DNA of 63,881 nucleotides, the filler included, from Pelomyxa schiedti (Eukaryota > Protista > Evosea): assembly GCA_020536535.1 (NCBI GenBank). It is 9 parts of 9 records of this genome, joined end to end, with 100 filler letters (N's around TTAATTAATTAA, not from the genome) between each part and the next. Parts side by side here need not be neighbours in the genome. Positions count along the whole stretch, not along the records: positions 6,433 to 38,402 come from JAHLWZ010000995.1; 8 more parts are not named here. One strand, 5' to 3'. Below, piece by piece: positions 11,506 through 23,838 of the stretch; position 1 is the first letter of the stretch; each line of letters opens with the position of its first letter. A model generated the notes under the pieces. The model did no database searches, was not told where the DNA came from, and saw only the letters and a list, made by a program, of their open reading frames with translations. The translations under genes were made by a program, and so were the position numbers.

Positions 11506-13413
11506 TCAGTGAGTTGCAGTGAGGTAAGGAGGTCTGTGGAGTACGATTCCAAGCCAACAACAGATGACCAGTGACAGGGCTCCAAAGGCCCCGTTGATGT
11601 AAAAGTAGCACCCGAACTGGAGTGCGACCTTGTTGAGAACGATTCCGGAAATGATGATGCACACTCCGGCAAACGTGAGCGCGCCGTATGCAACTCTTCC
11701 GAAGATTTCCTGTCAATTTGGGGGAATATGTTGTTGTCAGTTGTGTGGGATAACGTAATTGTGGATGAGAGTCAGCAATATACCGCGGGGAAGAATGCAT
11801 GGACCGTGCAATAAAGAAGCGAGAAGAGAGCCAGTCGAATTGGTATCAGAAGGATGAAAGTCAAGTATCTGTGAGTGAACACTTCAGAATTTACGGAGTT
11901 ACGAATGGTACACACTGAAGGTTCAGAACAGGAATGACTGAGATGCCGGCAAAGACTGCAAATGACACCCCTTCCACAATCCAAACAAGCCAAAGCCAAT
12001 GCCTCTTCGAAAGCGGGTACGAAACTGGAAAGTTGGAGAGGAAACCCCACAGAGGAAGTAGGATAGAGAAGGCTGTCAGCAATGGAGTGATCGGATCACC
12101 CTGAGCCATCATGTTCAGTTGTTCCATCAAAGTGGCCATGTAAAAATAAACGCCGGATGCACAGCTCATCATTGCCGCATAGAGTGGAATGAGCAACCCC
12201 AAGTGAGACTTGAACCATTGTAAAATCACATCCTTCCTTGACCTTTGAGGATTTGAGATCAAACTTTTATCTTGCGATTCATTCGGGGCTGCTTCCAGTT
12301 CAACTTGCGGCGTGTCACTCTTGTATTTCGGCTCGGAAGAAGAAATGAAAAAGCAAAGAAGGGGTCCAAGGCAAACCAGGTAGTATCCTCCAAATAATGC
12401 CCAGAGTGGGGCGTGAGTTGCATTGTAAATCAAATACAGAATCCAAGCAACAGCTGTGTTGGGAACTCGTTAAACGGAGTATTTCTTTGTTGCTGAATTA
12501 CCTCCACACAAGTTGATGCAGGCCTGATAGAAACTGGAGACAAACCCGGAATTGAAAATGATGTGGCCTTCGGGGAAAGCTCTGTCAACGTCGTCCATGA
12601 GCTTGAGACCAACAAAGAAAGAAAATCCACCACCAACTCCAGACTTTTTGTTCGTGGGAGATTCAGTCAGTCAAAGTACCAAAAAGGAGGAGCGACTTCA
12701 AACCAACCAAAATGAAGGCCAAAGGAAGAGCCCAGATTTGGATATACAACGGAATCGTGTCTGATGTCAACAATCCAAACACGGGCCAGAAGCTCAGGCC
12801 AACAAAGGAAATAACGATACACTTTCTCCTCGAGAGTTTGTCCACAATGATGCCATACAGAAATCCAATTGAGTTGAGAGTTCCAGAAAACCTGTGAAAG
12901 TTGTGAGGTTGCAATTTGCAACAAGAAAAAAAAAATAGTTCCTTTTCCAAAACCCATAGTCCCACTTCATTTTTAAATTTGTTTCTATTTCAGAATAGAG
13001 AGGAGAGGACCTCACGCTATAAACAGCGAATTGAGCAACGCAAGTTGCCTCTCGCACACGGCGCCACTCTCCAACCCAAGACTCTCGCTGTAACTGCCGC
13101 TCTGTTCTCCCACAATCCCATCGCTGCTCCTGTTTTCGCCGATTGTGGTCGCCTCCGCAGGAAACATCCGTAAGCCAGAAGGCGAAACGCTCGAATCGGA
13201 CACCCGCGAGGACGACGAGACAGATTCGGAAACTTCTGGGCAGGCGTTGGCGAATACGCCCTCGCTTAGCAGAATCGGCTTGAGTGCGCTGAAGTTGAAG
13301 TGTGGATCCATAACCAGCGACACAACGCACGCCGCAATGAACACCTTGGCCGCTACGGCCCTCCTCGTCGTCGTGGAACTGTCTCCTGCTCTCTGGCAGC
13401 ACAACGCCTTCAT
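11506..13413 (-). CDS. MFS transporter, SLC43/FMP42-like
   Basis: EGVFANACP...CERQLALLNSLF, GFLYGIIVDKLSRR, VIPVLNLQ-YLTFILLIPIRLALFS and FGRVAYGALTFAG match SLC43-type helices, and there are multiple hydrophobic segments. Confidence 0.7.
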
Positions 13414-13599
13414 CGGCTGTCGTTGTTCTTCTTGGAAAAGACCAAGTTGGGGGAGATAGATTCCGGTGGTTTGCTGGCTGCACAGGTCGATTGCACCGAG
13501 CAGTGGTTCTTTCTGCAGAAATTAGCTATGAGCCCATTTGCAAGCAAGTAGAAGCAGGGGCAGTTCACCTAATCTGTCCAGTGCGGGGAAGAAGAAAAA

Positions 13600-16500
13600 A
13601 TGGGTAACAGCAACAGCTCCACACCCACGAAAACGCCAACAACGTCAGGGACTCCTCTTCCCTCGCCGGCAGTACCACCAGAAGCAACCACAACGTCAGC
13701 CGATCCTCCCCCTTCGCCGCCTGTCGTTGTGCCACCACGCAGTCTTCCGAGCGTCGTTGGGTACGAAGAGTTCCGGCGGATTCAGCGCGACCGATGCGAT
13801 TTTTTCACGAGGTTGGCCGAGTCGGCTTCGGTCGATGATGTGCATAACTCGGCGGTGAGCATTGTTGTCGCTAAGAACTTCAGGCTCGTGAGGCCCATCG
13901 CACACGGTTGCAACGGTACGGGGCCGGATCCCACAATTCACCCTCACACCCATTTGTGCCTGACACATGATCGACAGGGATGGTGTATGAGGTGAAGTGC
14001 ATCGGAGATGGGCACCCAGAGCTGTTCAGGGACCAGTCTTATGTGCTAAAGGTCCCTTTCAACTACGGTGTCACTACCGCAAGTGTTCAAAATGCCTTCG
14101 AGGTGTGCCCACTCCTGCCTTTTATCACTCAGTTTCTAATTGCTGTTTTTACTTCCAGAATGAATACCTCATATCATCCACATTGGAGCCACACCCAAAC
14201 ATCAATCAATATTTCTGCCATTTCACTGACCGCCTGCCACAAGAGTATTACGACCACCTTCCAGAAACCGCCAAGGAGCTTGCATTCGACAAAGAGCAGA
14301 ACAGGATGCGTGCATTCATTTGGGTTGTTCTTGAACACCATTCAGAGACTGTGGAGCAATTTCTGAAAAACCTCTATAGCACCATAGCTCCTCAAAATCC
14401 TCAAGCAACAGCCACCACACCATGGCCCATTGTCCTCAAGTACTCAAGGGATATTTGCGCGGCTCTTGTGCATCTTTTCGTGAATCAAACAATTCACTTT
14501 GACATCAAGTTGGACAACGTCGTTGTTGCTTCGGTGTGTAGTTGTTGGTATCTTTTTTCCACATCCAATAGGTGAAACGACTCAACTAACTCAAAACAAC
14601 ACCAAAAACAGAACAAAGAGCAAGCCATTCTGATTGACCTTGGGTGTGCGACAAAATTCCCCCCGACAAACAGCAGAGCATTTGAGACTGAAACATTGTC
14701 TCTCATGTCAGTGTCTGGAAACCCAAGTCACAGGGCACCCGAAATTGTCAACGGAATTGCACGATACAGGCAGAAACCAGATCGCGGTTCAATGTTGTGT
14801 TGCGACAAGGTTTGTGTCCCCTCTCAGTCTTTATTGGAGACTGAGTCTCTCGTAAAAACAGCAACCGTCATTTGAACTTGGATGCATTTTGTTTGAACTT
14901 GCCATGTTTGGGCAGCATCCACTTCCTGGATATCCTGCTGGTGGCTATGGCCCAAGTGGAAAGATCACGTTCTCGTTTGAGAGTGAGGAACAGTTCCCGA
15001 TGAAGCCACCGGCATTCCCGAGGGAGTTCTGCAACCTCGTTCGATCATTGTTGCAGTGTGACCCTGAAAAAAGGATGCCTCTGTTGGAAGCATTAGAGGT
15101 GCTCTCAAACATTGATCCACCATGCCCTGATCTCCTCTCTTTTTACTCTTGTGTTGCAGCTCCTCTGAAAAGTGATGCAGGTTTGAGAAATACCAATCAC
15201 ACATTCTTACTCGCTGGCTGCAACTCAAACAACCAACAGGATCTTTGACAGCCAAATCAGCATGCCAGATTCTTTGTGGTTATTCTGCAAAAGACTGTGT
15301 TGACACACTCCACAAAGCACTGGAGCTGGAACCCTTGTTCTCACCTGCTTTGTTGCTTTTGCATTACCTGAAATCTTCTTGTTCTGCTTGTTCTGATCAT
15401 TGTCAGCATCAACAAGGGATTATCGGAGCCCTCACAGGAAAGACAGCTACATTCACAGCCACAGACGTGGAATTCACAAGAGCCATTATCAACAAGAAAC
15501 ACAGAACAACACTCCCTGAATTGCTCTTGACGGCACTCTGGACAAGACACATATCCAATGAGGCTGAGACTTACAACAACGCCGCTCAGTTGATTTTGCA
15601 AAAGGTGCCAACAGCTGCTGTGTATATGCCACAGCAACCACCCTCTCTGCTCCCATTCTCCCGTTTTTTGAGGAGTATCATTCACACACGAAACGAGATG
15701 ATGCTGGCAGCACTTCTTCAGTTGGATTTGGGAAACATTGACTCTGCCCTTGCCCTTGTTGCTGACGCAACTTACCTGTTTGACTGTGAGATGATGAGCT
15801 GCATCAATCGTGTGTGATGGTCCTGCTTTTCTTTTATCCAACCTAAAGAAGGAAATGAAACGCCAAGGAAGAGCGAGTACGTGCCTGGATTGCTGTTACT
15901 ATATTGCCTTCGTTGGTTAATCAATAACCACATCTCATTGTATCAGCAAATACCACCAAACTTGTTGCTGGATTTTTCTCGGGCCCTCTCATACAACTTG
16001 GACATGATGCGAGAGCATTGCATGAGTGTGTTGAGACACCACACAGCAGATGTCATTGCTGAGTGGTGTGACCTTCTCACCAAAGTACGATCAGCAGGAA
16101 ATCTCCATGAACAATCGCACTCCACCACAGCAAGTTCAAAAAAGAATGAGCAATCGTGGGCCTGCATGTATTTTGATGGCTGGTGGAGAACTTTCTGTTC
16201 TGATGACCCCCAAACTGCGACACACATTTGGGAGGAACTGAGCTCACTGACTCCAGTATCATGCAGCAACACAAGAACCCTTGAGAAAAACCACTGGGGT
16301 GTTTGCTCGCTCTCGTGTCTTGCTGTCTGTTATCAGTTTGGCCAAGGGGTGTTCAAGGATTCCAGACAGGCAATGACACTGTTCCAGAGGGCCGCTGATG
16401 CCGGCGATGCCAGGGCAATGTGCTGTCTTGGTGTCTATTATGAGAATGGTGATGTTGTTGACAGGGACATTCACAAAGCAGCAGTACTTTACCAGAGGGC

Positions 16501-17959
16501 GGCTGATGCTGGCGATGCCAGGGCACTTTATTTTCTTGGCGTGTGCTATGGGATTGGCCACGGTGTTGACAAGGATGTTAGCAAAGCAGTCATGCTTTAC
16601 CAGCGGGCTGCCGACGCCGGGCACGCTAGCTCAATGCGCCGTCTTGGTGCCTGTTATGAGATTGGCGATGGCGTTGGCAAGGACATTCACAAGGCTGTGG
16701 CACTGTACCAGAGGGCTGCTGATGCTGGTGATGTCAAGGCAATAGGCCAGCTTGGTGTGTGTTATGGGAATGGCAACGGTGTTGACAAAGATGTTAGCAA
16801 AGCAGTCATGCTTTACCAGCGGGCTGCTGATGCTGGTGACACTGTGGCACTGTGTAACCTGGGTGTGTGTTATGAGAGTGGCAACGGTGTTGACAAGGAT
16901 GTGGGCAAAGCGCTCACACTGTACCAACAGGCTGCTAAGACCCGTCACCCCACGGCAATGCGCTGTCTTGGTGTGTGCTACGAGAAAGGACATGGTGTTG
17001 AAAAGGACATGAGCAAGGCTGTTTCACTGTACCAGGGGGCTGCTGATGCTGGTGATGCCAGGGCAATGTGCAACCTTGGTGCGTGTTATGAGAAAGGCAG
17101 GGGTGTTGACAAAGACAATCTCAAGGCTATCACGCTTTATCAGAGAGCCGCCGATGCCGGTTGTGCCACAGCATTATTCTGGCTTGGTCTCTGTTACGAC
17201 AGTGGTGATGGTGTTGACAAGGATCTGGCCAAGGCAGTCACACTGTACCAGAGGGCCACTGATGCCGGCCACGCCGCAGCAATTTGCTATCTTGGTGCCT
17301 GTTATGAGTTTGGCCACGGTGTTGACAGGGACATTCACAAGGCTGTGGCACTGTACCAGCAAGCTGCTGATGCTGGTGATGCCAAGGCAATGCGCAGTCT
17401 TGGTTCCTGTTATGAGATTGGCGATGGAGTGGACAAGGACATTCATAAGGCTGTGGCACTGTACCAGAGGGCTGCTGATGCTGGTGATGCGGGGGCAATG
17501 TGCCAGCTTGGTTCGTGTTATAAGCATGGCAACGGTGTTGACAAGGATGTGAGCAAAGCAGTCATTCTTTACCAGCGGGCTGCTGATGCTGGTGACCCTA
17601 TGGCACTGTGTAACCTTGGTGTGTGTTATGACAATGGCACTGGTGTTGATAAGGACATTCACAAGGCGGTGGAGCTGTACCAGAGGGCTGCTGATGCCGG
17701 CAGTGCCAAGGCAATGCTAAACCTTGGTCTGTGCTATGAGAATGGCGACGGTGTTGACAAGGACATTCACAACGCTACGGCACTGTTACAGAGAGCCGCT
17801 GATGCTGGTGACACCATGGCTATGTGTTGTCTTGGTGTGCGTTATGAGATTGGCAAAGGTGTGGACAAGGATGTGAGCAAAGCAGTCACGCTGTATCAGA
17901 GGGCTGCACGGCTGGGTAATCAGCGGGCTATTCGCCGACTAAAGGGACTCGGGCTATAA
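13600..17959 (+). CDS. Putatively myristoylated PINK1-like protein kinase + helical linker + 15 Sel1-like repeats
   Basis: N-terminus is MGNSNSS. Kinase motifs are IAHGCNGMVYEV, VLKVPFNY, HPNI, HFDIKLDN, IDLGC, GNPSHRAPEI and CDPEKR. The final exon carries 15 Sel1 repeats. Confidence 0.88.
16301..17920 (+). repeat. Tandem 108-nt coding repeats (15 Sel1 units) within one exon
   Basis: Recurring DNA motifs gttgacaaggac/gat and taccagagggctgctgatgctggtga at a 108-nt period. Confidence 0.92.
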
Positions 17960-17995
17960 TAAATGAACAACATAATCCTTTCTTTATGCTCGATA

Positions 17996-20185
17996 CTAAG
18001 TCCTGTGGAAAACGGGGCGTTTGTGTGCCACTTTGGGAGGCACTTCTCTTCTGTACGGTTGGTCCACTGTGTAAACTGACTGTGGCATGGTGAGTTGGGG
18101 CCTTCCAGATGGTGTAAGTGTTGCTGGTTCTACTGGTGTGAAACAAGCACTTTCGGTTCCTGGTGTACTGTTGTCTCCCAGAGGTCCCAGGGCTGCACTG
18201 TGCACGTCTGATTCACTTTGTTCTTCTTCCTCAGTGTCGTACTCTTCAATTTCTTCTTCACTACTGGTTTCTTCAGGGTCAGGTTCCTCGCTCTCCCACT
18301 CGCTTCCACTCGAGTAAGAGTACCAGCACAGACCATCCTCGTCTTCTTCATCTGCATCTGGTGCCATTGCCAACATCCTCTCTGCGTGAATCCTGGCAAG
18401 AATTTCGTCACACCACTTGAGCCACCCTGAGCACACTGACCTGCAGTTCAACAAGTCGTCAATGGGGAGCAGGCACAGAATTGCTTCGAATATGTGTGGC
18501 GGGAGCCCAATGGTTATGATTTCTCGCTGTTGTTCGCGTTCGCGCCGGATGCATTCCTGCCATTGTATCTCGATTCCTGGAGCAAGTGGTGAGAGGTGGG
18601 CGAATGCAGAAACCAGCAGGTGTGATGTGACAAGAGAGCGAGGAGTGTACCGGCTCCAACCCTCTTCTCCCCAGAAAAAGCGCAGAGCTTCACACAGCTG
18701 GTTTCCAGAGAAATTTGGGTGCAATGGGTTTCCTGAGTGCTCTTGCTGTTGCTTCAGGCGCGAAAATTGCTGTTTCAGGGAGTCCCGCAGGTCGGCTGGA
18801 CCATTCTCGTGGATGAAGGTGATGAGGTTATCAATGACAGACCACTCTTTGGGGACGGCCTTGAATTTGGGTTCTTCTTTGGCGTTCTTTTTTGGTTTGG
18901 TCTTTTTCTTTGACTTTCTTTTGGTTGCCTTGGTGGTAGTGGTGCTGGTGGGCTCTGAATGTGCGATTGTTGCAGATGGCGGAGGAGTTGCTGCCTTTTC
19001 TGTGTTTGGAGCAGTGGTTGCGTTACTCTTTGGTGGATTTGTAGTTGTTTGTGGTGACTCTATTGCACAGGTTGGGACGGTGTCTGTGGGAGAGTGCATT
19101 GATGTTGGTTTTGTACTGCTACTAGGTGTTGTGGATTGAGTTGTAGGTTTTGGTTTATTCTTGGGAGTGGAAGCCTTTGCAGTTGGAGGAGTGGTTTTTG
19201 TTGGTAACTTACTCTTTGCAGCTTGCGGGAGGCTGCTTTTATTTGACACAGGAACCAACTCGATGAAATCGGAACCGCAAATAGGACAAACTTTGAGTTT
19301 TGAATCGGGGCTGGCTGAATTACCTTCACTCTGTGTACTTTTTGATGCTGAATCCGGTTGGAATATTTCCTGTGCCGCCGTACTCACGTTTTCTGTTGAT
19401 CCCGTTGTTGAAGGTGATGTCTTGTGACTACTTGATGGCTGGGGAGTGCTTGCCGAAACACTGTGGCTTGACAATCCCTCAGCTCCACTCTTCTTCCCCG
19501 CATTACCTACATTCTCACTGACTTCCACCCCACCAGAACCCTCTTCCTCCCCCACCACTCCCCCCACCACAAACACCTTTTCCCTATGATTACACATATA
19601 ACACACCATTACGAAGTTTGGCTCCTCGCCCCCCAGGCCCTTGCCGCCTTCGCCTCCTCCCGCCCCGCAGCCCCCTCTTCCCCCCCTCCCGATCCCGCTC
19701 CCGCTCCCCCTCCCCGCCCCACTCACCCTCACCCTCGCCCTCGCCGTGGCCGTGGCCGTGGCGCCCCCTCGGCCCCTGGCCTGCTCCACGTGCCTCACCA
19801 GCCCCGGGTCCACCTTGTCCCCCACGAACTCGAACCTCGCCACGTCCCCCAGCGCCACCTTCTTCCCGCCGCCGCGGGCCCCCCGGCGCCCCCCGCCTCC
19901 TCCCCCTCTGGCCCCGCGCTGCGAGGGAGCCGCAGGTGCCGCGGACGCGGCGGCGGTCGCGGCCGCCGCGAGCTGGGCGTCGATGCGGGCGCGGGCGCGG
20001 GCCTTGGCCCGGGCGTGGCGGCTCGAGGACGCCGAGAACGTGGCCGGCGTGGGGCCCGGCGGCAGCGGGTGCAGTTGCACGTCTTCGCATCTGGTGTCGT
20101 CATAGTCGTATCCTCCTTCTTCCTCGTGGCCGAGGTCTTCGGCGCCGCCACGAGCGCAGGCCGCCGTCAATTTCCGAGAGCGCAT
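17996..20185 (-). CDS. Intronless low-complexity protein with a split zinc ribbon and a C-terminal-half F-box
   Basis: One ORF from MRSRKLTAA. It contains VCYMCNHREKV...CPICGSDFIEL, the F-box LPPHIFEAILCLLPIDDLLNCRSVCSGW and an acidic tail. The upstream ATG in the ORF track overlaps the GH39 last exon. Confidence 0.75.
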   Translation of the reverse strand: MRSRKLTAACARGGAEDLGHEEEGGYDYDDTRCEDVQLHPLPPGPTPATFSASSSRHARAKARARARIDAQLAAAATAAASAAPAAPSQRGARGGGGGGRRGARGGGKKVALGDVARFEFVGDKVDPGLVRHVEQARGRGGATATATARARVRVSGAGRGSGSGIGRGGRGGCGAGGGEGGKGLGGEEPNFVMVCYMCNHREKVFVVGGVVGEEEGSGGVEVSENVGNAGKKSGAEGLSSHSVSASTPQPSSSHKTSPSTTGSTENVSTAAQEIFQPDSASKSTQSEGNSASPDSKLKVCPICGSDFIELVPVSNKSSLPQAAKSKLPTKTTPPTAKASTPKNKPKPTTQSTTPSSSTKPTSMHSPTDTVPTCAIESPQTTTNPPKSNATTAPNTEKAATPPPSATIAHSEPTSTTTTKATKRKSKKKTKPKKNAKEEPKFKAVPKEWSVIDNLITFIHENGPADLRDSLKQQFSRLKQQQEHSGNPLHPNFSGNQLCEALRFFWGEEGWSRYTPRSLVTSHLLVSAFAHLSPLAPGIEIQWQECIRREREQQREIITIGLPPHIFEAILCLLPIDDLLNCRSVCSGWLKWCDEILARIHAERMLAMAPDADEEDEDGLCWYSYSSGSEWESEEPDPEETSSEEEIEEYDTEEEEQSESDVHSAALGPLGDNSTPGTESACFTPVEPATLTPSGRPQLTMPQSVYTVDQPYRREVPPKVAHKRPVFHRT

Positions 20186-20307
20186 GTTTTGTTTTCGGTT
20201 TTTGATCGCGCGTACGGAAATTCTTAAAAACGAAAAGGGGTGTATGAAGAAGGAACACAACAAGGATTTGGTTGTGTGAGAATAAGTTTGGCTTGTGTTT
20301 GGGGGAC

Positions 20308-22532
20308 TTAGACGAGAGGGAGTGTGATGGAGGCAACTGCCCATGGGGTGAGAGTGAGCTTGATGGAAAGGGTGGAGGACTGGAGTGTTGGTGTGATGGA
20401 TGTGGTCTTCATCTGTGAAGCATCCATGAGGGTCTGCAGCTGGGCAGAGGTGGGGTACAGCGGTGATCCCATGGCAACCCATGTAGCATAAGGGTTGGCA
20501 TTGTTGTCATCTGTGAGAATTTGGAGGTGAGTGTGGAAGCAAATCGGATTGTAGTACTGTAAACAACTATTATTAGTTTGATAGGGGAATTTTACCTATT
20601 GTTTGGAGAATGCCTGTTGGTGCTGTGGTACCCTTGTACGCTGTGGGAGAATGAGTGTGATCATCAGTTAAAAAACCAGCACGTTACGCTCACATTTAAT
20701 GGTGATGCAAATCGACTTGGTGCCAAGTGTTTCAGTGGCATAATCAAAGTTGGTAGCGAGAATAACCAAGTGGGTAGAATTCTTTGTGGCGAGAACGTCA
20801 ACAGTCTCAGAGACACTGTACGAAAACAGATTAGAGATTTGAACGCAGCATTGAAGGAACGTACTTATCATAAGTCACATCGAATCTGCTGTCTCCAGTG
20901 GCATGAAGTAGCTGGAACGCGCGATAAGCAGGTTTGGGAATGCCGTAAATAGTCTGGACACCAAATCCTTGATGGAATGGCACGCTGTCAAGACCATTCT
21001 CCTCAAAGATATCTGAGATGGTACCAGAATTAAGAAGAAAAAGAGGGTCAGAGGAGTTAGGCACCAGTGAATGTCCACCAGGAGAGAACATCAACGAGAC
21101 CGGCAACTTCTGGAATTGTCTTCACAGCCATGGAAGCGGCATAAATATTGTCGTGTAGTGATTCGGCGAACAGCCCATCGTTGTACTCGGTGTATAGAAG
21201 TGGGTAGTCTCCAGCTAACTCCCTGGTTTGTTTAATAACTTGGAGTATTGTTAACTTAACAAGTAGAGAAGACTAAAAGAACGTACCGTTGTACATGCCC
21301 TCCCTATCTTGGTTGGCATTTGGGTCAGTTGGGTACTCATGAGTACTAATGAAGTCAAGGGGAACATTGTTTTCCTCCACAAATTCGATTGTTTCTGTGA
21401 TCCAACCAGATTGGCAAGTTGCAGGACCTCCAACTAAATTGCGTCCACTTAAGTTACACAACAAAAAGCAACAATAAAAGAACCTTTCAGGTTACTATTG
21501 ACGGACTTGAGTGCCAAAGCAGTGTGTTGATACAACTCAAAGTAGTCCGCCTGTGTTCCGAACCAGAAGCCACAATTTGGTTCGTTCCTAGAGGTATGAG
21601 AAAACAAAACTAGAAGTGCTGCGGTATACCAGACTTCAAAGTACCACTGTGATACTTCAGTAAGACCATATCTAAGACACAGGTGAGGAGAAGAATAAAC
21701 CAAACAAAAAAGTTGAGTACCTATCGATAAGGTGAGAAGCAAGTGCCTCAATAAGCTGATCCCATTCAGTGTAATTTTTTGGTGGAGTAATATTTCCCTA
21801 AGACACATTTAGTTTTGGGAAAAAAAGTTTTAAAATCAATGTACCTTGTAATGGAAAATAGTTTCAGTTCCACTGGCAAGATCTGTTTTTTTGGTTATTT
21901 AAAGAAAAAGTTCTATCGGAATGGTTACCTTCCGGCATAAAACTAAGTTCAATGAGAGGTCTCATTCCCAAACTTAGAAGAAAGTCGAAAATTGAATCAA
22001 TGTTGAAAAAGCTGTAGTTTGGAGAGCCACTGTCAGGGTATCTCATATAGACACTCATGTCGTCATCCAAAATGCCGTGGAACCGAACCATTTGGGTTCC
22101 CTTTAACACTAAATTTAGACAGAACCCAACACAGTACGAGAGAATACCAGTTCTCGGTTTGTAACAGTGAGTTGATCTCTCCTGTAAATACAATTTAAGG
22201 GAAATAAAATAAAAAAGAGAATACAAGCAAGACTCACCAATCCTGCCTAAGGGCAGTCGTACCATGGCACGATCCCATACATCGTTCCCAGTAGTGATCC
22301 TATATATAGAAATTTCGTAAGTTAATACGAGCCAAGTTACGAGGTACGTGACTTGTTGGGGAAAAAACCCAGCGCTTCAACTGTTCCAAAAAGGGAAAAA
22401 ACAAAGAAAAAAACACACCCAAGTGGTAGTTGTACCAGCCAAGTCCATTACGAAGCAATCTTGTGCCCGGACAAGCGACACAGTGGCAACAACACCAACA
22501 AACAACAATAGCCCAACAACCCCACGTGCCAT
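20308..22532 (-). CDS. Secreted glycoside hydrolase family 39 (beta-xylosidase / alpha-L-iduronidase-like)
   Basis: Signal peptide MARGVVGLLLFVGVVATVSLVRA, then HYWERCMGSCHG, VRFHGILDDDM, RPLIELSFMP, YFEVW-EPN, VGGPAT, DFISTHEYP, YTEYN, GIPKPAYRAFQLL and ANPYATWVAMGSP. Confidence 0.9.
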
Positions 22533-22777
22533 CTATGTTTACGTGCCCCCCCTTGTTTTTTTTTTTCTTTGTGCTTTTCGCTATCGTTACGGCTGCTGAA
22601 AAGAGCAGGAATCAATGCACATTTTGATCTTTCTACGTAGAACAGTGTTTGAACAGATCAGGCTTGGTACTCTCTGAGAACTCTTGGCATGCCTCACAAC
22701 ACTCAAATGCCCATTGTGATGCATGCTACAGTTAGCTTGGAGATCACAAGGGGACTCCCTTTCTAACAAAGTTAGGG

Positions 22778-23747
22778 ATGATGAGGATCAAAGCGGTACG
22801 TAACCGTAGCGTTGGGTTGTTGGGTTGAGATCTGAGTTTTGTTGCCAAGGAAGGTCGCGTTTGATCTGGGCGGTGTACTCTTCACTGAGGGAAAGACTGT
22901 GTGTTACGTATTTTTCTTTTTTCTTTTTTCTTACAGACATGGCTCCGTTCCTTTTTTTTTTCTTCCATCTTAAAGGAGGCATACCCTGTGATGGAGAGAG
23001 TGCACGGTTACGATGTTGCAAAAATCAAGCCATTATTGACTGGGCATCAATCGGGGTTGCTTAGAAAGGGACTGTTAGGTATCAACGGAAAACATTTGTT
23101 TTGTTGACTGATTATAACTGACACTAAGGCAGGAGAACCTGAGTTCTGGGAGTATGTTGAGAAGGTACTCTTTTTTTTTTTTTTTGGGCCTGCTTTATTT
23201 CGTGACACGAACATTGTAAAGGAACTTCGCAAACAAGGTCTGGACTACAATGTGAACACAATCAGAGATTGCTGGTACCGAGGATACAAACCCGACCCGC
23301 ACCTTTGGCTTTTGGCAAAGAAACTAAAGAGCACTTGCACGTTACTGTGCTTCACTGGTAATGTTAGATCACGTGTGGCTTTTTTACAAATGCAATACGG
23401 CTTTGAGGATCTCTTTGATGCCAAGGTTGGCCCTCCCACTTATAGTTGAAATTATGATTGACCTCACTATCAAATACCATAAACTTACCAACACTTAACT
23501 TTAGCTGTACTCCTACGATTACCATATGTCCAAGCGGGATCCCGCATTTTACCAAGAGCTCATCAAAGCGGCCGGTTGTGCCCCTGAGGAACTGCTCTTA
23601 ATAGATGACGATCCGCGGCACAAGGAGATAGCGAACTCCCTCGGCATCAATTGCATTATCTACACCGGCAATGTATGTGACTTAGTGGCACAGTTGCATT
23701 CCTTTGGTATTCCTGAAGCTGCTTCTGTGTTAGTGTCAAAATATTGA
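22778..23747 (+). CDS. HAD-superfamily hydrolase (YihX / glucose-1-phosphatase-like); multi-exon
   Basis: Spliced MMRIKA-VAFDLGGVLF (motif I), LLCFTGN (II), MSKRDPAFY (III) and LLLIDDD (IV). Confidence 0.85.
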
Positions 23748-23838
23748 CATTTGCACAAATCCCACCCCACCATGCTTTTGCCTCAACAGTAGTAAAAGGG
23801 AAAAAAAACAAGAAATTCAATTTTCGGCTCCAAATCAT

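Noticed and set aside
19586-20227. Multiple long overlapping ORFs on both strands
   Set aside because: This is expected from stop-poor GC-rich sequence, and only the minus-strand F-box frame has recognisable domains.
20186-20482. N-terminal extension of the 828-aa ORF (MGCHGITAV...)
   Set aside because: It overlaps the GH39 last exon in another frame on the same strand. The start at 20185 is more plausible.
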